Notes: generated from the sequence alone by a model not told the origin. Counted from the stretch's first letter, positions 37,234 to 45,941 are shown. The stretch is 64,000 nt of DNA from Clostridia bacterium (GCA_017428025.1 JAFRRO010000028.1:3304-67303), one strand, 5' to 3'. A program made the numbers and translations.

Positions 37234-37544
37234 TTCGCGTACCTTAAAAGCGGCTCGTCCATCGTAACGTGCATCGCCGGCGCGTCGCCGCTCTCCGCCG
37301 AAGTCCCGATCGATCGAAGGACCTCCAGCGCGACCTGATAGGTCAGCTCGCCGAGCAGCGCGCGCTCCTGCGTGTACGCCGCCACCTTGAGAACCGCATC
37401 GAACAGCAGCCGGTCTTTCGCCGTGCGGCGCGGTTCGCGGCAGACTTTGACAAGCGCTTCGGGCGGCAGCTTCGCCGCCCTTGCCAGGCCGAACAGGGTG
37501 TAGGGGATCTGTCTCTCTACCGGTTTTGTCAAGGGATATTTCAA
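37230..37544 (-). CDS. Terminase small subunit-like (gp3-type) protein, probably 5'-truncated
   Basis: IPYTLFGLARAAKLPPEAL resembles the TerS HTH. The only start is a TTG with no SD, and the G+C-rich sequence ends abruptly at about 37545. An in-frame stop lies 6 codons upstream. Confidence 0.5.
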   Translation of the reverse strand: MKYPLTKPVERQIPYTLFGLARAAKLPPEALVKVCREPRRTAKDRLLFDAVLKVAAYTQERALLGELTYQVALEVLRSIGTSAESGDAPAMHVTMDEPLLRYAK

Positions 37545-37671
37545 AAAATAAGTAGATGGTTTTTAGTGATGCCGAATATCTTTTATGACTGGAAGCAGCG
37601 CTTAAGCAACCAAAACGTTCCGATTATTTTGATGTCTTACCGTTATACACTTATTCTGCCGTTGATAAAAA

Positions 37672-37738
37672 TCGGCGATAATCGGCGATAAAAAAGTAGC
37701 GATAATTGAAAATAGCGATATTAAAGTAGCGATAAAAA
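37672..37738. repeat. Five direct GCGATA(A/T) iterons
   Basis: GCGATAA occurs at 37675, 37685, 37699 and 37729, and GCGATAT at 37715. The first two form the tandem TCGGCGATAA x2. The context is AT-rich. Confidence 0.7.
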
Positions 37739-37808
37739 AGAAAGAAAAATCACATCATTCCCGATACAGGTAAAAATTATATAATGTGGAACAGATTTGT
37801 CCTTATTT

Positions 37809-37835
37809 CACTTCATCCCAACTTGGGATGAAGTG
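37809..37835. repeat. Perfect 12-bp palindrome (CACTTCATCCCA-act-TGGGATGAAGTG)
   Basis: Read directly from the sequence. No T-run follows on either strand, so it is not an obvious terminator. Confidence 0.7.
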
Positions 37836-37927
37836 TCTCCGGAAAACATCCGGATATGATTAACACATAAGAAATCGTATGCGTTTCAGTTATTTAAAGT
37901 TAACATATATAAGGAAACTTTGAATCC

Positions 37928-38101
37928 AACGGATGAAATGTCGGGTATGAAGGGCAGAAAAGCGATTGCCGAAAATCCCAGTAAATATGCAAAAAGTGCC
38001 TAATTATCTGGGTTTTTGGCGTTTTTCATTTGGTTCAATCTGTTCAAAAAACCATAGAAATACACTCGTTTATGATCAGAGTGTTGTCAAAAATGTTGTC
38101 A
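37928..38101 (+). repeat. Island repeat, copy 1 (174 bp)
   Basis: By hand alignment it is roughly 85 percent identical to 44600-44773. The last 35 nt (38067-38101) are identical and contain the tandem TGTTGTCA-aaaa-TGTTGTCA. Confidence 0.8.
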
Positions 38102-38187
38102 AAATTTGCCTTCAAACATCCTGTTTCGCCCTCTTGATTGTTTGCAAAACAGCGAATCTCATTTAACCAACATTTTTGTCGAATCTA

Positions 38188-38216
38188 TTGACATGTAGGT
38201 TATGACGAATTATACT
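38188..38216 (+). promoter_or_regulatory. Consensus-like promoter
   Basis: TTGACA (38188-38193), a 17-nt spacer, then TATACT (38211-38216). It lies upstream of the 38236 gene. Confidence 0.65.
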
Positions 38217-38235
38217 ATTCGTGGAGGAAGATGAT

Positions 38236-38532
38236 ATGTCTGCTGTTGATGAATTGATACTCGAAGAAGCGGAACGGCTTAAACGGATTCGCACGGCAAA
38301 GCTGCGTGATTTTGACATGCTTCCAAAAGGAAGCATCCGTAAAAAGAGGATCAACGGTCGTGAGTATCATTATCTTCAGTGGCGAGACGGGAAACGTATA
38401 CGGTGCAAGTACATTCCGGCGGATGAACTGGAAGCTGTTTCCAACCGCATCGATCGCCGCAACAATCTGAAAAACGAGATTGCAGCGATCAACGCCGATC
38501 TATCAAAATTGCAAAGGATCATAAAAGCATGA
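38236..38532 (+). CDS. Hypothetical small protein (98 aa) of mobile-element type
   Basis: GGAGGA lies 6 nt upstream of the ATG at 38236. The pattern GSIRKKRINGREYHYLQWRDGKRIRCKYI followed by a coiled coil recurs in element-borne small proteins as I recall, but I cannot name the family. Confidence 0.6.
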   Translation: MSAVDELILEEAERLKRIRTAKLRDFDMLPKGSIRKKRINGREYHYLQWRDGKRIRCKYIPADELEAVSNRIDRRNNLKNEIAAINADLSKLQRIIKA

Positions 38533-38712
38533 CGAGCATTCAACAAAAAGAATTCTTGGATTTTATTACTCTGTTCGTTTTCGTTTTCTATTGCCTTTCG
38601 GTTCTCGTTGTCAGACTCCGCAATCCATATGAACGATCGATTCGTCCACGACATTGATGATCAGCGTTTTATGCATCCAGGGTATCAGAGAAAGAAGAAC
38701 ACATTCTAAACT

Positions 38713-38992
38713 CTTTATCCAGCTCAACGGCGGCACCATCTCCATCAACAGCAAAGATGACGGCATCAACGCCGCCCAGAAGTCCAGCGCGTACCGGGCG
38801 AAGGCGGAGATCAACGGCGGCGACATCACCGTGGTCATGGCCTCCGGTGATACGGACGCTATCGACTCCAACGGCGACCTCATTATCAACGGCGGCACCA
38901 TCATCGTCAACGGCCAGCAGATCAACTATATCCCCAACCAGATGATGGGCGGCGGTCGAGGCGGCATGGGCGGCTGGGGCAGGCGCGGTTAA
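38713..38992 (+). pseudogene. C-terminal fragment of a carbohydrate-binding-domain (parallel-beta-repeat) secreted protein
   Basis: Only the final repeats are present (LNGGTISINSKDDGINAA..INGGDITV..INGGTIIVNG). There is no signal peptide or N-terminal body. It is a G+C-rich patch inside the AT-richer island. Confidence 0.55.
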
Positions 38993-39008
38993 CAAACATT
39001 TAAAAAAC

Positions 39009-39356
39009 GTGCTTACTGTAGAAAAGCTGAAAGCCTTTGGCGCGAATACGGCGGAGGGCGTCGCGCGCTGCGTCAATAACGAGGCGTTTTATCTGCGCAT
39101 GGTGAGTAAGGCTATGTCAGATGCCAATTATGGAAAACTCGAGGCGGCGATCCATGTGGGGGCCAAGGCTCCCGCGTTTGAAGCGGCTCATGCCCTGAAA
39201 GGCGTTCTAGGTAATCTTTCCTTGACGCCGATCCTGGAGCCGGTTATGGAGATCACGGAGCTGCTCCGCTCCCGGGCCGACGCAAATGCAAATTATGAAG
39301 CGATCCTCGAAAGGATCCTGATGAAAAAAAGAGAACTGGATCTGCTGGCACAGTAA
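39009..39356 (+). CDS. Hpt (histidine phosphotransfer) domain protein
   Basis: 115 aa with a GTG start. The phospho-His motif is AAHALKGVLGNLSL. Confidence 0.8.
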   Translation: MLTVEKLKAFGANTAEGVARCVNNEAFYLRMVSKAMSDANYGKLEAAIHVGAKAPAFEAAHALKGVLGNLSLTPILEPVMEITELLRSRADANANYEAILERILMKKRELDLLAQ

Positions 39357-39393
39357 TAGAAAGCGTTTTGAAGAAGCAAACACATAAGGACAA

Positions 39394-39442
39394 GGATCGT
39401 GGATGAGAGTTTGGGTATCTCTCCCATCCACGATCCATTTTT
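39394..39442 (+). terminator. Intrinsic terminator after the Hpt gene
   Basis: GGATCGTGGATGAGAG...CTCTCCCATCCACGATCC forms a long stem and is followed by ATTTTT. Confidence 0.8.
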
Positions 39443-39633
39443 ACTGCTTCGGAACCTACACTTCTTCTGTTTTCCGCTCGTTAATACTAATACCTGACTA
39501 AAAGAAGATTTCGCCCTGCCTTTGGCTCACTCCGGTCAACGATGCGTTTAGGCATCCCCTCCCTACGTTCACATTCGGCAGAATGAAAAATGTCTCGGCA
39601 ATCTTGCCTCCCTTTTATCAGGTCTTAATATTA

Positions 39634-40563
39634 TTATTTTTGCCGGTCACGATAGGTTTCAACGATACCGCGCAGCAAATCAAGGTGTTCGTAATTCTTG
39701 AGATAAACGATATTGATTTCTCTCATCATGCTGAAATTTTCGATTGTCAGCAGCGACAGGCGCCCGCGGCGAAGCTCGCTCATACACGCGCTCTTTGCCA
39801 GCACCGAAACACCGAAACCGCCACGGATCAGATCCTTGATCGTTGCAATGCTGTCAATTTCCATGACAATATTGAAATCATTGATGCTGAGATTTTGACT
39901 TTCAAGCGATGCCACGAGCAAATTGCGGGTGTTCGAATTTGGCAGACGCAGGATCAGCTTTTCTTTTTTCAACTGGTCGATTGTGACAGTTCCCTGCCCG
40001 GCAAGCGTGTGATCTGGTGGAACCGCCAACACAAGACAATCGGTGTCCAACATCATGCAACCCAGCGCAGGATCGTTAACCCTACCTTCAACGAATGCGA
40101 AATCCAACTCGAAATTACGCAGCATTGCATATAGATTACTTGATGTGTTCGTGATGATTTTCAGACTTAACTTATCAAATCGGTTCACATACGAAGCAAG
40201 TGCGTTTATAATAGCGCTGCTCTCAGCGGTATGTGTAATACCGACCGTCAATGAATGAATCTGTTCACGCTCGCTCTTTAGCGTTTGTTCAAGATTGCGT
40301 TGAAGAGCGACCATGCTTCTTGCAAAATGAACAACGATCTCGCCCTCGTGTGTGAGTTGAAGGCGATTATGTGAATGATCAAAAATCTGCACGCCGAGTG
40401 AGCTTTCGATCTGCCGAATGTGCTGGCTGACTGCCGGTTGTGACAATGAAAGAACAGCAGCTGCTTTGGTATAGCTGCCCATTTCGACAACCTTCAAGAG
40501 AGTAATAATACGAACATCTATCAATTTTTCTTCCTCCGTAATACTATCATATCCCTTTTTCAT
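39634..40563 (-). CDS. LysR-family transcriptional regulator
   Basis: It has an N-terminal wHTH (GSYTKAAAVLSLSQPAVSQHIRQIE) and a LysR substrate-binding domain of the expected length (309 aa). Confidence 0.9.
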   Translation of the reverse strand: MKKGYDSITEEEKLIDVRIITLLKVVEMGSYTKAAAVLSLSQPAVSQHIRQIESSLGVQIFDHSHNRLQLTHEGEIVVHFARSMVALQRNLEQTLKSEREQIHSLTVGITHTAESSAIINALASYVNRFDKLSLKIITNTSSNLYAMLRNFELDFAFVEGRVNDPALGCMMLDTDCLVLAVPPDHTLAGQGTVTIDQLKKEKLILRLPNSNTRNLLVASLESQNLSINDFNIVMEIDSIATIKDLIRGGFGVSVLAKSACMSELRRGRLSLLTIENFSMMREINIVYLKNYEHLDLLRGIVETYRDRQK

Positions 40564-40632
40564 TTATAATGCAACGAACTGCTGTATACAAATACTCTTA
40601 TCTGCTTTTTGACTTCGCGGTGTCGCTGCGGA

Positions 40633-41004
40633 TTAATCGGGATCTATAAGGTCAAAATCAGAATCTGATAAACGAGAAAAGCAGATATCTACACAACCAT
40701 ACTCTGTCAAACCGGCTTTCAGTTCCAGTGGAATCTCATCTGAATTCAATTCGATCAAAAAGCGGCGAACAGACATACCGTTATAGTCACTTCCGTATAG
40801 AAATCGATAGCGACGAGTATAGCGCGAAAGTAATGAAAAAACGGATTTATCGGGTAGATGGCAATCGGAACAATTGCATCGGTAATACAGATAACGCATT
40901 TTGGCTGAACGGCGGTCGATTCGACGGTATAACAAAGCAAGTACAATTAAGAGACATATGGACACAGCTAAACAGCAAATTGGGAGGGCAAGGGATTTAA
41001 GCAT
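40633..41004 (-). CDS. Hypothetical membrane-anchored protein (123 aa)
   Basis: It has an N-terminal TM segment and a Cys-rich stretch (YYRCNCSDCH). It lies between the MATE and LysR genes. Confidence 0.5.
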   Translation of the reverse strand: MLKSLALPICCLAVSICLLIVLALLYRRIDRRSAKMRYLYYRCNCSDCHLPDKSVFSLLSRYTRRYRFLYGSDYNGMSVRRFLIELNSDEIPLELKAGLTEYGCVDICFSRLSDSDFDLIDPD

Positions 41005-41016
41005 GGGTAAGCTCCT

Positions 41017-42408
41017 TTAGATATATGATAGGGGAACTTGAGCATAGGCGGCGGCAAGGCGTTTGCGAATAAATGCTGTATACATTACATTGGCGACGAC
41101 GCAGCATATTAAGTCGGCAATTGGCGTAGCCATAACGATACCGTAGACAGGTAGCATAAGGCTGATAATAAACATCAGCGGAATATCAACAATGCCCTTT
41201 CGAAGAATTGCAAGCAGGAAAGATTTTCCTCCGTCGCCTGTCGCTTGGAAGAACGAAATCAACACATATGCGCTGGCAGAGAATGGGCCGCCAATGCAAA
41301 GAATTCGCAGAAATATGATGCCGAATTCAAGTGATACAGACTCCGAATGAATAAAAATCCCAATCAAAGGTCTTGCAAACAGTAAACTGACGATCATGCA
41401 TAGCAAGGCGGTTACAACCGCTATGAAATGTGAAGTGCGCACACAATCTCGCATTCGGTTAATATTCTTGGAGGCATAGTTATAGCCGATCAGAGGCAGA
41501 GAACCCTGGGCAATACCGCGCACAATGCAGTGCGCCAGCATATTGACCTTTTTAGCGACACCGATGCCTGTTTGCGCCGAGAGCCCAGACAAGGACATTA
41601 ACTTGTCAAGGATCGCATAGGAAATGTTTTCAAACAACGTCATGATGAATGCCGGTAATCCAGCCGTCAGGATCCTTACGGGGATTCTGTTGGACAGCAT
41701 TGCCTTTGTTGGAACAAATCTGAGAACTGTATGCTTTCGGATGCAGATCAATATAATTATGAAATATAGCAACGATATCATGTTTGCAAGCGTCGTAGCG
41801 ATCGCGGCGCCGAGTGCCTCATTCCCCGCTGGCAGAAGAACGAACATAAACAGCGGATCAAAAACAATATTCAACACACCGCCGAGCGCAATTCCAACAG
41901 CGGCATGAACGGACCGCCCTTCGGAACGAATCAAGTGGGACAGCAACACGCCGGTTGCCGTTACGATCCCGCCGGCAACAACCGTACACAGCATATAAGC
42001 GACAGCGTTGTTGTGTACCGCAGGATTGGTTCCGCCGAGAAGATCGACAAACCAATCGATGCTGATCCAAGCAAAGGCAGAGTAGAACAGTGTCATACCA
42101 ATACAGCCCCACAGGGCGAACGCCGATGCCATATGTGCTTGAGTACGGTTTTCCGCGCCGAGTGCTCTGGCTATAACGCTTGCGCCGCCGACGCCGAACA
42201 AATTTGAGATTGCCGAAAGGAACATGAAAGATGGCATACATACCGTTACAGCAGTCATCATAGCATCATTGCCGGTAAGACCAACAAAAAAAGTATCTGC
42301 CATATTATATATGACAAGGATAATCTGCCCAATGACGGTAGGGAAGGCCAGACGAAAGATGGCTTTTGTCACGCTACAGGTTTCAAAAAGCTCTTTTTCG
42401 TTTCGCAT
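41017..42408 (-). CDS. MATE-family efflux transporter
   Basis: I trimmed to the ATG at 42408 (463 aa). It has 12 TM segments and a typical MATE N-terminus (AIFRLAFPTVIGQIILVIYNMADTFFVG). Confidence 0.9.
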   Translation of the reverse strand: MRNEKELFETCSVTKAIFRLAFPTVIGQIILVIYNMADTFFVGLTGNDAMMTAVTVCMPSFMFLSAISNLFGVGGASVIARALGAENRTQAHMASAFALWGCIGMTLFYSAFAWISIDWFVDLLGGTNPAVHNNAVAYMLCTVVAGGIVTATGVLLSHLIRSEGRSVHAAVGIALGGVLNIVFDPLFMFVLLPAGNEALGAAIATTLANMISLLYFIIILICIRKHTVLRFVPTKAMLSNRIPVRILTAGLPAFIMTLFENISYAILDKLMSLSGLSAQTGIGVAKKVNMLAHCIVRGIAQGSLPLIGYNYASKNINRMRDCVRTSHFIAVVTALLCMIVSLLFARPLIGIFIHSESVSLEFGIIFLRILCIGGPFSASAYVLISFFQATGDGGKSFLLAILRKGIVDIPLMFIISLMLPVYGIVMATPIADLICCVVANVMYTAFIRKRLAAAYAQVPLSYI

Positions 42409-42832
42409 TTCGTGCCTTGCCTCCGTGAAGATCTGTTTGTTTTGAGATGTTGCACTTATTGTAATGGGCAGCCCCTGATAATGCAAATCAGGATTCTGAA
42501 GAGCGTCATAAGTTTTTATTATTGAATATGAGAGGAGTTGTCAAGAATACGATAAAAGCAGTAATAATGAATGATTTACCCTATCACAATTCGTAATAGG
42601 CTATAAAGAAAATCAAATACGCGCTGACTACGGCAATAGGTTCCGAGCGGCTGGTCCGATATAACTACTATACATAGGCACGGAGACGCGGCACTATGCG
42701 TTCACGGACCACACAAGAGGATAGCAAAGTAGGCGCGTCGGCAGGAAAGAGACAATACGAATCATCTTGTCCGCAGAAGACACGACGAGCCGGAACGGTG
42801 ATCCCGTTTACGCTTTCCTGCTGTCTCTATTA

Positions 42833-43183
42833 TTAGTTCAATGTTGCTTTTGCCTGTTCAGCGCACTCCATGAATCGTTCTATCACGCTCCACTGGTAGG
42901 AGCTTTCTTTGTAACCAAATCGGATCGGGTATTCGGATATCTTTCCCAGGGAAAAAGCATCATAGAGCTTTTTTGCTTTTCGGTCAACATCGCTTGTACG
43001 ATGTTTTTCGGACAAAAGCACCCTCCAACGCCATTGACGCAAAGCTTTAGCCTGCCTCTTTTTCCCCATGATGTAGAGCAACCCTTCAAAAGCGTAGCCA
43101 ACTTGGCCACATTTTTCATCGTTCCAGATTATAGGTGCGAGATCGTTGTTTTTGCTGTTCCTTGACTGGGTGCTTGAGCGCAT
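42833..43183 (-). CDS. Hypothetical protein downstream of the relaxase (start uncertain: 43183 or 43069)
   Basis: The ORF overlaps the relaxase 3' end by 68 nt if the first ATG is used. No motif was recognised. Confidence 0.4.
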   Translation of the reverse strand: MRSSTQSRNSKNNDLAPIIWNDEKCGQVGYAFEGLLYIMGKKRQAKALRQWRWRVLLSEKHRTSDVDRKAKKLYDAFSLGKISEYPIRFGYKESSYQWSVIERFMECAEQAKATLN

Positions 43184-44429
43184 ACTCTGCCCGGAGCTCC
43201 GCTTTGAGAAGGTTTAACAGGCGGGGTGTGTCTCGCTGGATGCGTTGGAGGCGCTTGATCCGCTGGCGCAGGGGCTGGATCTGGCGGGTGATCTCGGCCC
43301 GGTCCTGGCGGTTCTCGGCCAGGACCTGGGGATCGGTCTTGTGTCGGATGCGGTTGCGGACTTTGTTACGCTGCTGGTCCAGGGCGGTGATCTGGGCTTC
43401 GGTGCGCTGGATCTCCTTGCCTATGTCGTCGATGGAGTGGAGCCCGTTGTCCTTGAGGAACCGGTAGTCGGCATGGAACTGCGCCACGTTCTGGGGCTCG
43501 TGGCGCAGCTCCGCCGTCAGGATGACCTCTTTGGTGAAATGAGTTGCCAGCTCGATCAGGGCCAGCAGTATTGCCAGGATGGCGTCGGCCAGGATCACCG
43601 CCGTATCGTGGGTGTGGTTGGCCTCATAGATCAGTTCGTCCATGATCTTCTCCACGGGGGACCGGGTATCGTTCTTCGGCTGGTGGTGTGGGCGGGACCG
43701 TTCCTTGTATGCCTGAGACAGCGGCATCCGGGAGATGCGGGTATGCTCCATCTCCATCACGACCTGTAGGAGCACCCCGCTTTTGCTGATATGGGGCCTG
43801 TGATCCTGGACCCGATAGCGGAATTCCGGGTCCGCCTCGTTCCGGTCCCATTGCTCATACATGACTTCATCCGTAAAGCCCAAACGGTTCAAACGCACCG
43901 CTCGTTGCCAGTTCTCGGCTTTCACGGACATGCGGACGGGGTCGATGGAATAGCCCTTGGCTTCCAATTGCCGGATAAACGTATCCCAGTCTATGCTATA
44001 TCGTAGGCAGTAGTCGATGTCTTGTTTCAACTGCTCCCGGTGGGTGGGCTTGCCGTCTCGCTGGCTCTTCCAGTAAGCCTGTCGACTCTGGCCGCCGTAG
44101 AAGGGGGCGTCGATCAGGACAGAGAGTCCGCGTTCCTTGCAGATGGCGTCCGAGATCTCCCGCAGGTCATGGTGCTGCTCTATGCTGTTCCTGTACTTGT
44201 GCCCGTCCCGGAAGGAGACGGAGTTCACTATAAAATGATTGTGCAGATTATCCGTATTCAGGTGGGTGGTGACCAAGACCTGGAAATCCTTGCCCCACAT
44301 GCGGCGGGCGGTCTCCAGGCCGATCTCATGGGCCTGCTCCGGCGTGACCTCGCCGGTTTTGAAGGACTGATACCCGTGATACGCAACAACCTTGCCGCGC
44401 TCACCGTATTTTCGCTTGACCGCCATCAT
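43116..44429 (-). CDS. Relaxase/mobilisation nuclease domain protein (main frame; N-terminus displaced by a frameshift)
   Basis: It has YHGYQSFKTGEVTPEQAHEIG and the histidine triad region TTHLNTDNLHNHFIVN. Relaxase-like sequence (SPEKTDEKKYVSGVNC) continues upstream of the annotated ATG in the same frame, with no start codon there. Confidence 0.8.
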   Translation of the reverse strand: MMAVKRKYGERGKVVAYHGYQSFKTGEVTPEQAHEIGLETARRMWGKDFQVLVTTHLNTDNLHNHFIVNSVSFRDGHKYRNSIEQHHDLREISDAICKERGLSVLIDAPFYGGQSRQAYWKSQRDGKPTHREQLKQDIDYCLRYSIDWDTFIRQLEAKGYSIDPVRMSVKAENWQRAVRLNRLGFTDEVMYEQWDRNEADPEFRYRVQDHRPHISKSGVLLQVVMEMEHTRISRMPLSQAYKERSRPHHQPKNDTRSPVEKIMDELIYEANHTHDTAVILADAILAILLALIELATHFTKEVILTAELRHEPQNVAQFHADYRFLKDNGLHSIDDIGKEIQRTEAQITALDQQRNKVRNRIRHKTDPQVLAENRQDRAEITRQIQPLRQRIKRLQRIQRDTPRLLNLLKAELRAEYALKHPVKEQQKQRSRTYNLER

Positions 44430-44566
44430 CTCCTCATACGCAAATGCCGCCGAACAATTGACGCCGGAAACATATTTCTTTTCGTCGGTCTTCTCCGGCG
44501 ACGCGGCAAAGCCGCGTATACGAACGGACGCTGCGCGCCCGTTCTCGCTGCCCCGGCCGCGGACAT
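44426..44566 (-). pseudogene. Probable relaxase N-terminal segment in a different frame (46-aa ORF)
   Basis: GGGAGG lies 8 nt upstream of the ATG at 44566. MSAAGAARTGAQRPFVYAAL fits the motif-I region (G....Y) of relaxases. It joins the relaxase frame after a 1-nt shift near 44495-44515. Confidence 0.5.
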
Positions 44567-44599
44567 AAAAATGACCTCCCGTAGCGGCGATCCGATTCG

Positions 44600-44773
44600 A
44601 ACGGATGACAGGTCGGGTATGAAGGGCAGAAATGTGATTGCCGAAAAAACCCGTAAATACGCAAAAAGCACCTAAATACCTGAGGTTTCGGCGTTTTTCA
44701 TTTGGTTCAATCCGTTCAAAAAGTCATAGAAAAACAATCGTTTATGATCAGAGTGTTGTCAAAAATGTTGTCA
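44600..44773 (+). repeat. Island repeat, copy 2 (174 bp)
   Basis: This is a direct repeat of 37928-38101. It lies immediately upstream (in the minus sense) of the relaxase start. Confidence 0.8.
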
Positions 44774-45080
44774 GTTTCTCGTGTTCAGGCATTTGTTTTG
44801 AGTAGAAAGCAAATGAAGAAACCGGCTGTTAATGAAAAAAGCGCAAGCCCAATATTGCTTGCATCAATGTGACGTTTTCACCCGGAATCGAATTGCTCTT
44901 TTTGGTAATATACCACAATATCTTGTTATAAGCAATTCAGTTCTGTACTACATATGGAATATTTGATCCAATATGTCCATAGAAAAAAGATAAACTGTGT
45001 CCACTTCGTGTCCCGAATGCCGGGGTTGTTTTTCATATGATCATCCAAAGTAGATCAGACACGGAACGGGGAGATTCTGC

Positions 45081-45941
45081 TTACCGCAAACCGCAGTATT
45101 CCAGACTTTTGTTCCAAAGCTCATCCCTGTTCCCTTCGCTGTAGGAAAGCTCGGACGATTTCTTTATGCTCGTGCTCCTGTCAAAGTACTGTCCGGATAC
45201 GCCGTCAAACCGGCTGTCCACGGCGATCTGCGCCAGCGCGTCGGAAGACGTCCCCAGCTCTCCGTAGCGATCCGGCATGGTGGTCTTTACAACCAGCGCT
45301 CTTGCCTTGTCCGTATGTCCGCCGGAGAAGTTGGTCGCTGCCATAAAGCCGGGATTGAAAGAGTTGACGGATATTGACGAGCCCTGCTTCTTCAGCAACT
45401 CATCCAGTTTCAGCGTAAAATAGATCGCGCAAAGCTTGGAATAGGAATACCGCCGCCGATCTATCATCGCCTCATGCGCCAGATATCCCACGCCCTTCCA
45501 CTCGATGCCTCCGGGCGGGTTGTGCATATCGCTGCTTACGTTAATAATTCGTCCGTTCGGCGCCATATGCGGAAGGAGTAGCTGCGTCAGCAGAAAATGC
45601 CCCAGATAGTTGGTGGCAAAGACAACCTCAAAGCCTTCCTCCGTCGTTCCGCTGTCACGCATGGGAGAGATCCCGGCGTTGTTGATCAGCACGTCCACCG
45701 TGCCGTATGCTTTTATGTAATTGTTCGCAAATTCTCTTACGGAGGACAGGAGAGAGGTATCGAGCCGCAGAGTTTCAACCGCATCATTCCCCGTCGCGGC
45801 AATGATATCCGCTTTTGCCTGCGCCGCCTTTGCATCATTCCTGCAGGCAAGGATCACTCTGTATTCCTTGCTTGCGGCGATCTTCTTTGCCGTTTCAAAT
45901 CCGAGACCGGAGTTGGCTCCGGTGATGACAACAGTTTTCAC
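45081..45941 (-). CDS. Short-chain dehydrogenase/reductase (SDR) family oxidoreductase
   Basis: GTG start with AAGGA upstream. It has the cofactor motif TGANSGLG, NNAG, and the catalytic YSYSK (YxxxK). Confidence 0.88.
   Translation of the reverse strand: MKTVVITGANSGLGFETAKKIAASKEYRVILACRNDAKAAQAKADIIAATGNDAVETLRLDTSLLSSVREFANNYIKAYGTVDVLINNAGISPMRDSGTTEEGFEVVFATNYLGHFLLTQLLLPHMAPNGRIINVSSDMHNPPGGIEWKGVGYLAHEAMIDRRRYSYSKLCAIYFTLKLDELLKKQGSSISVNSFNPGFMAATNFSGGHTDKARALVVKTTMPDRYGELGTSSDALAQIAVDSRFDGVSGQYFDRSTSIKKSSELSYSEGNRDELWNKSLEYCGLR

Larger units (their letters stand above)
29264..37544 (-). mobile_element. Phage-derived DNA-packaging and head module (cryptic prophage remnant or tail-less capsid island)
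   Basis: Ten co-oriented, translationally coupled genes include TerS-like, TerL, portal, a scaffold-like protein and an N4-gp56-type major capsid protein. No integrase, repressor, replication, tail-fibre or lysis genes are present. Confidence 0.8.

Noticed and set aside
37672-37738. The short direct repeats considered as a CRISPR array.
   Set aside because: The repeat unit is only 7-10 nt, with irregular spacing of 10-16 nt. There are no spacer-sized inserts, no cas genes and no leader. The pattern is iteron-like, not CRISPR.
37966-38166. The 66-aa ORF inside island repeat copy 1, together with the 72-aa ORF at 46892-47110 in copy 3.
   Set aside because: The reading frame is not preserved in copy 2, which has stops. 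There is no SD, and the 46892 ORF is Arg-rich and runs antisense into the L,D-transpeptidase gene. The conservation is at the nucleotide and structure level.
42600-42832. Long-range complementarity (GCAGGAAAG about 42741 / CTTTCCTGC about 42813) in the spacer between the MATE gene and the relaxase-side genes, considered as a structured RNA.
   Set aside because: It is a single 9-bp pairing with no supporting covariation or known motif, so it cannot be distinguished from chance.
44426-44671. The 81-aa ORF upstream of the relaxase, considered as a MobC-type accessory protein.
   Set aside because: It shows no ribbon-helix-helix or MobC-like pattern. Its first 35 codons lie in the non-coding repeat. 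The SD-linked part is better explained as the frameshifted relaxase N-terminus.
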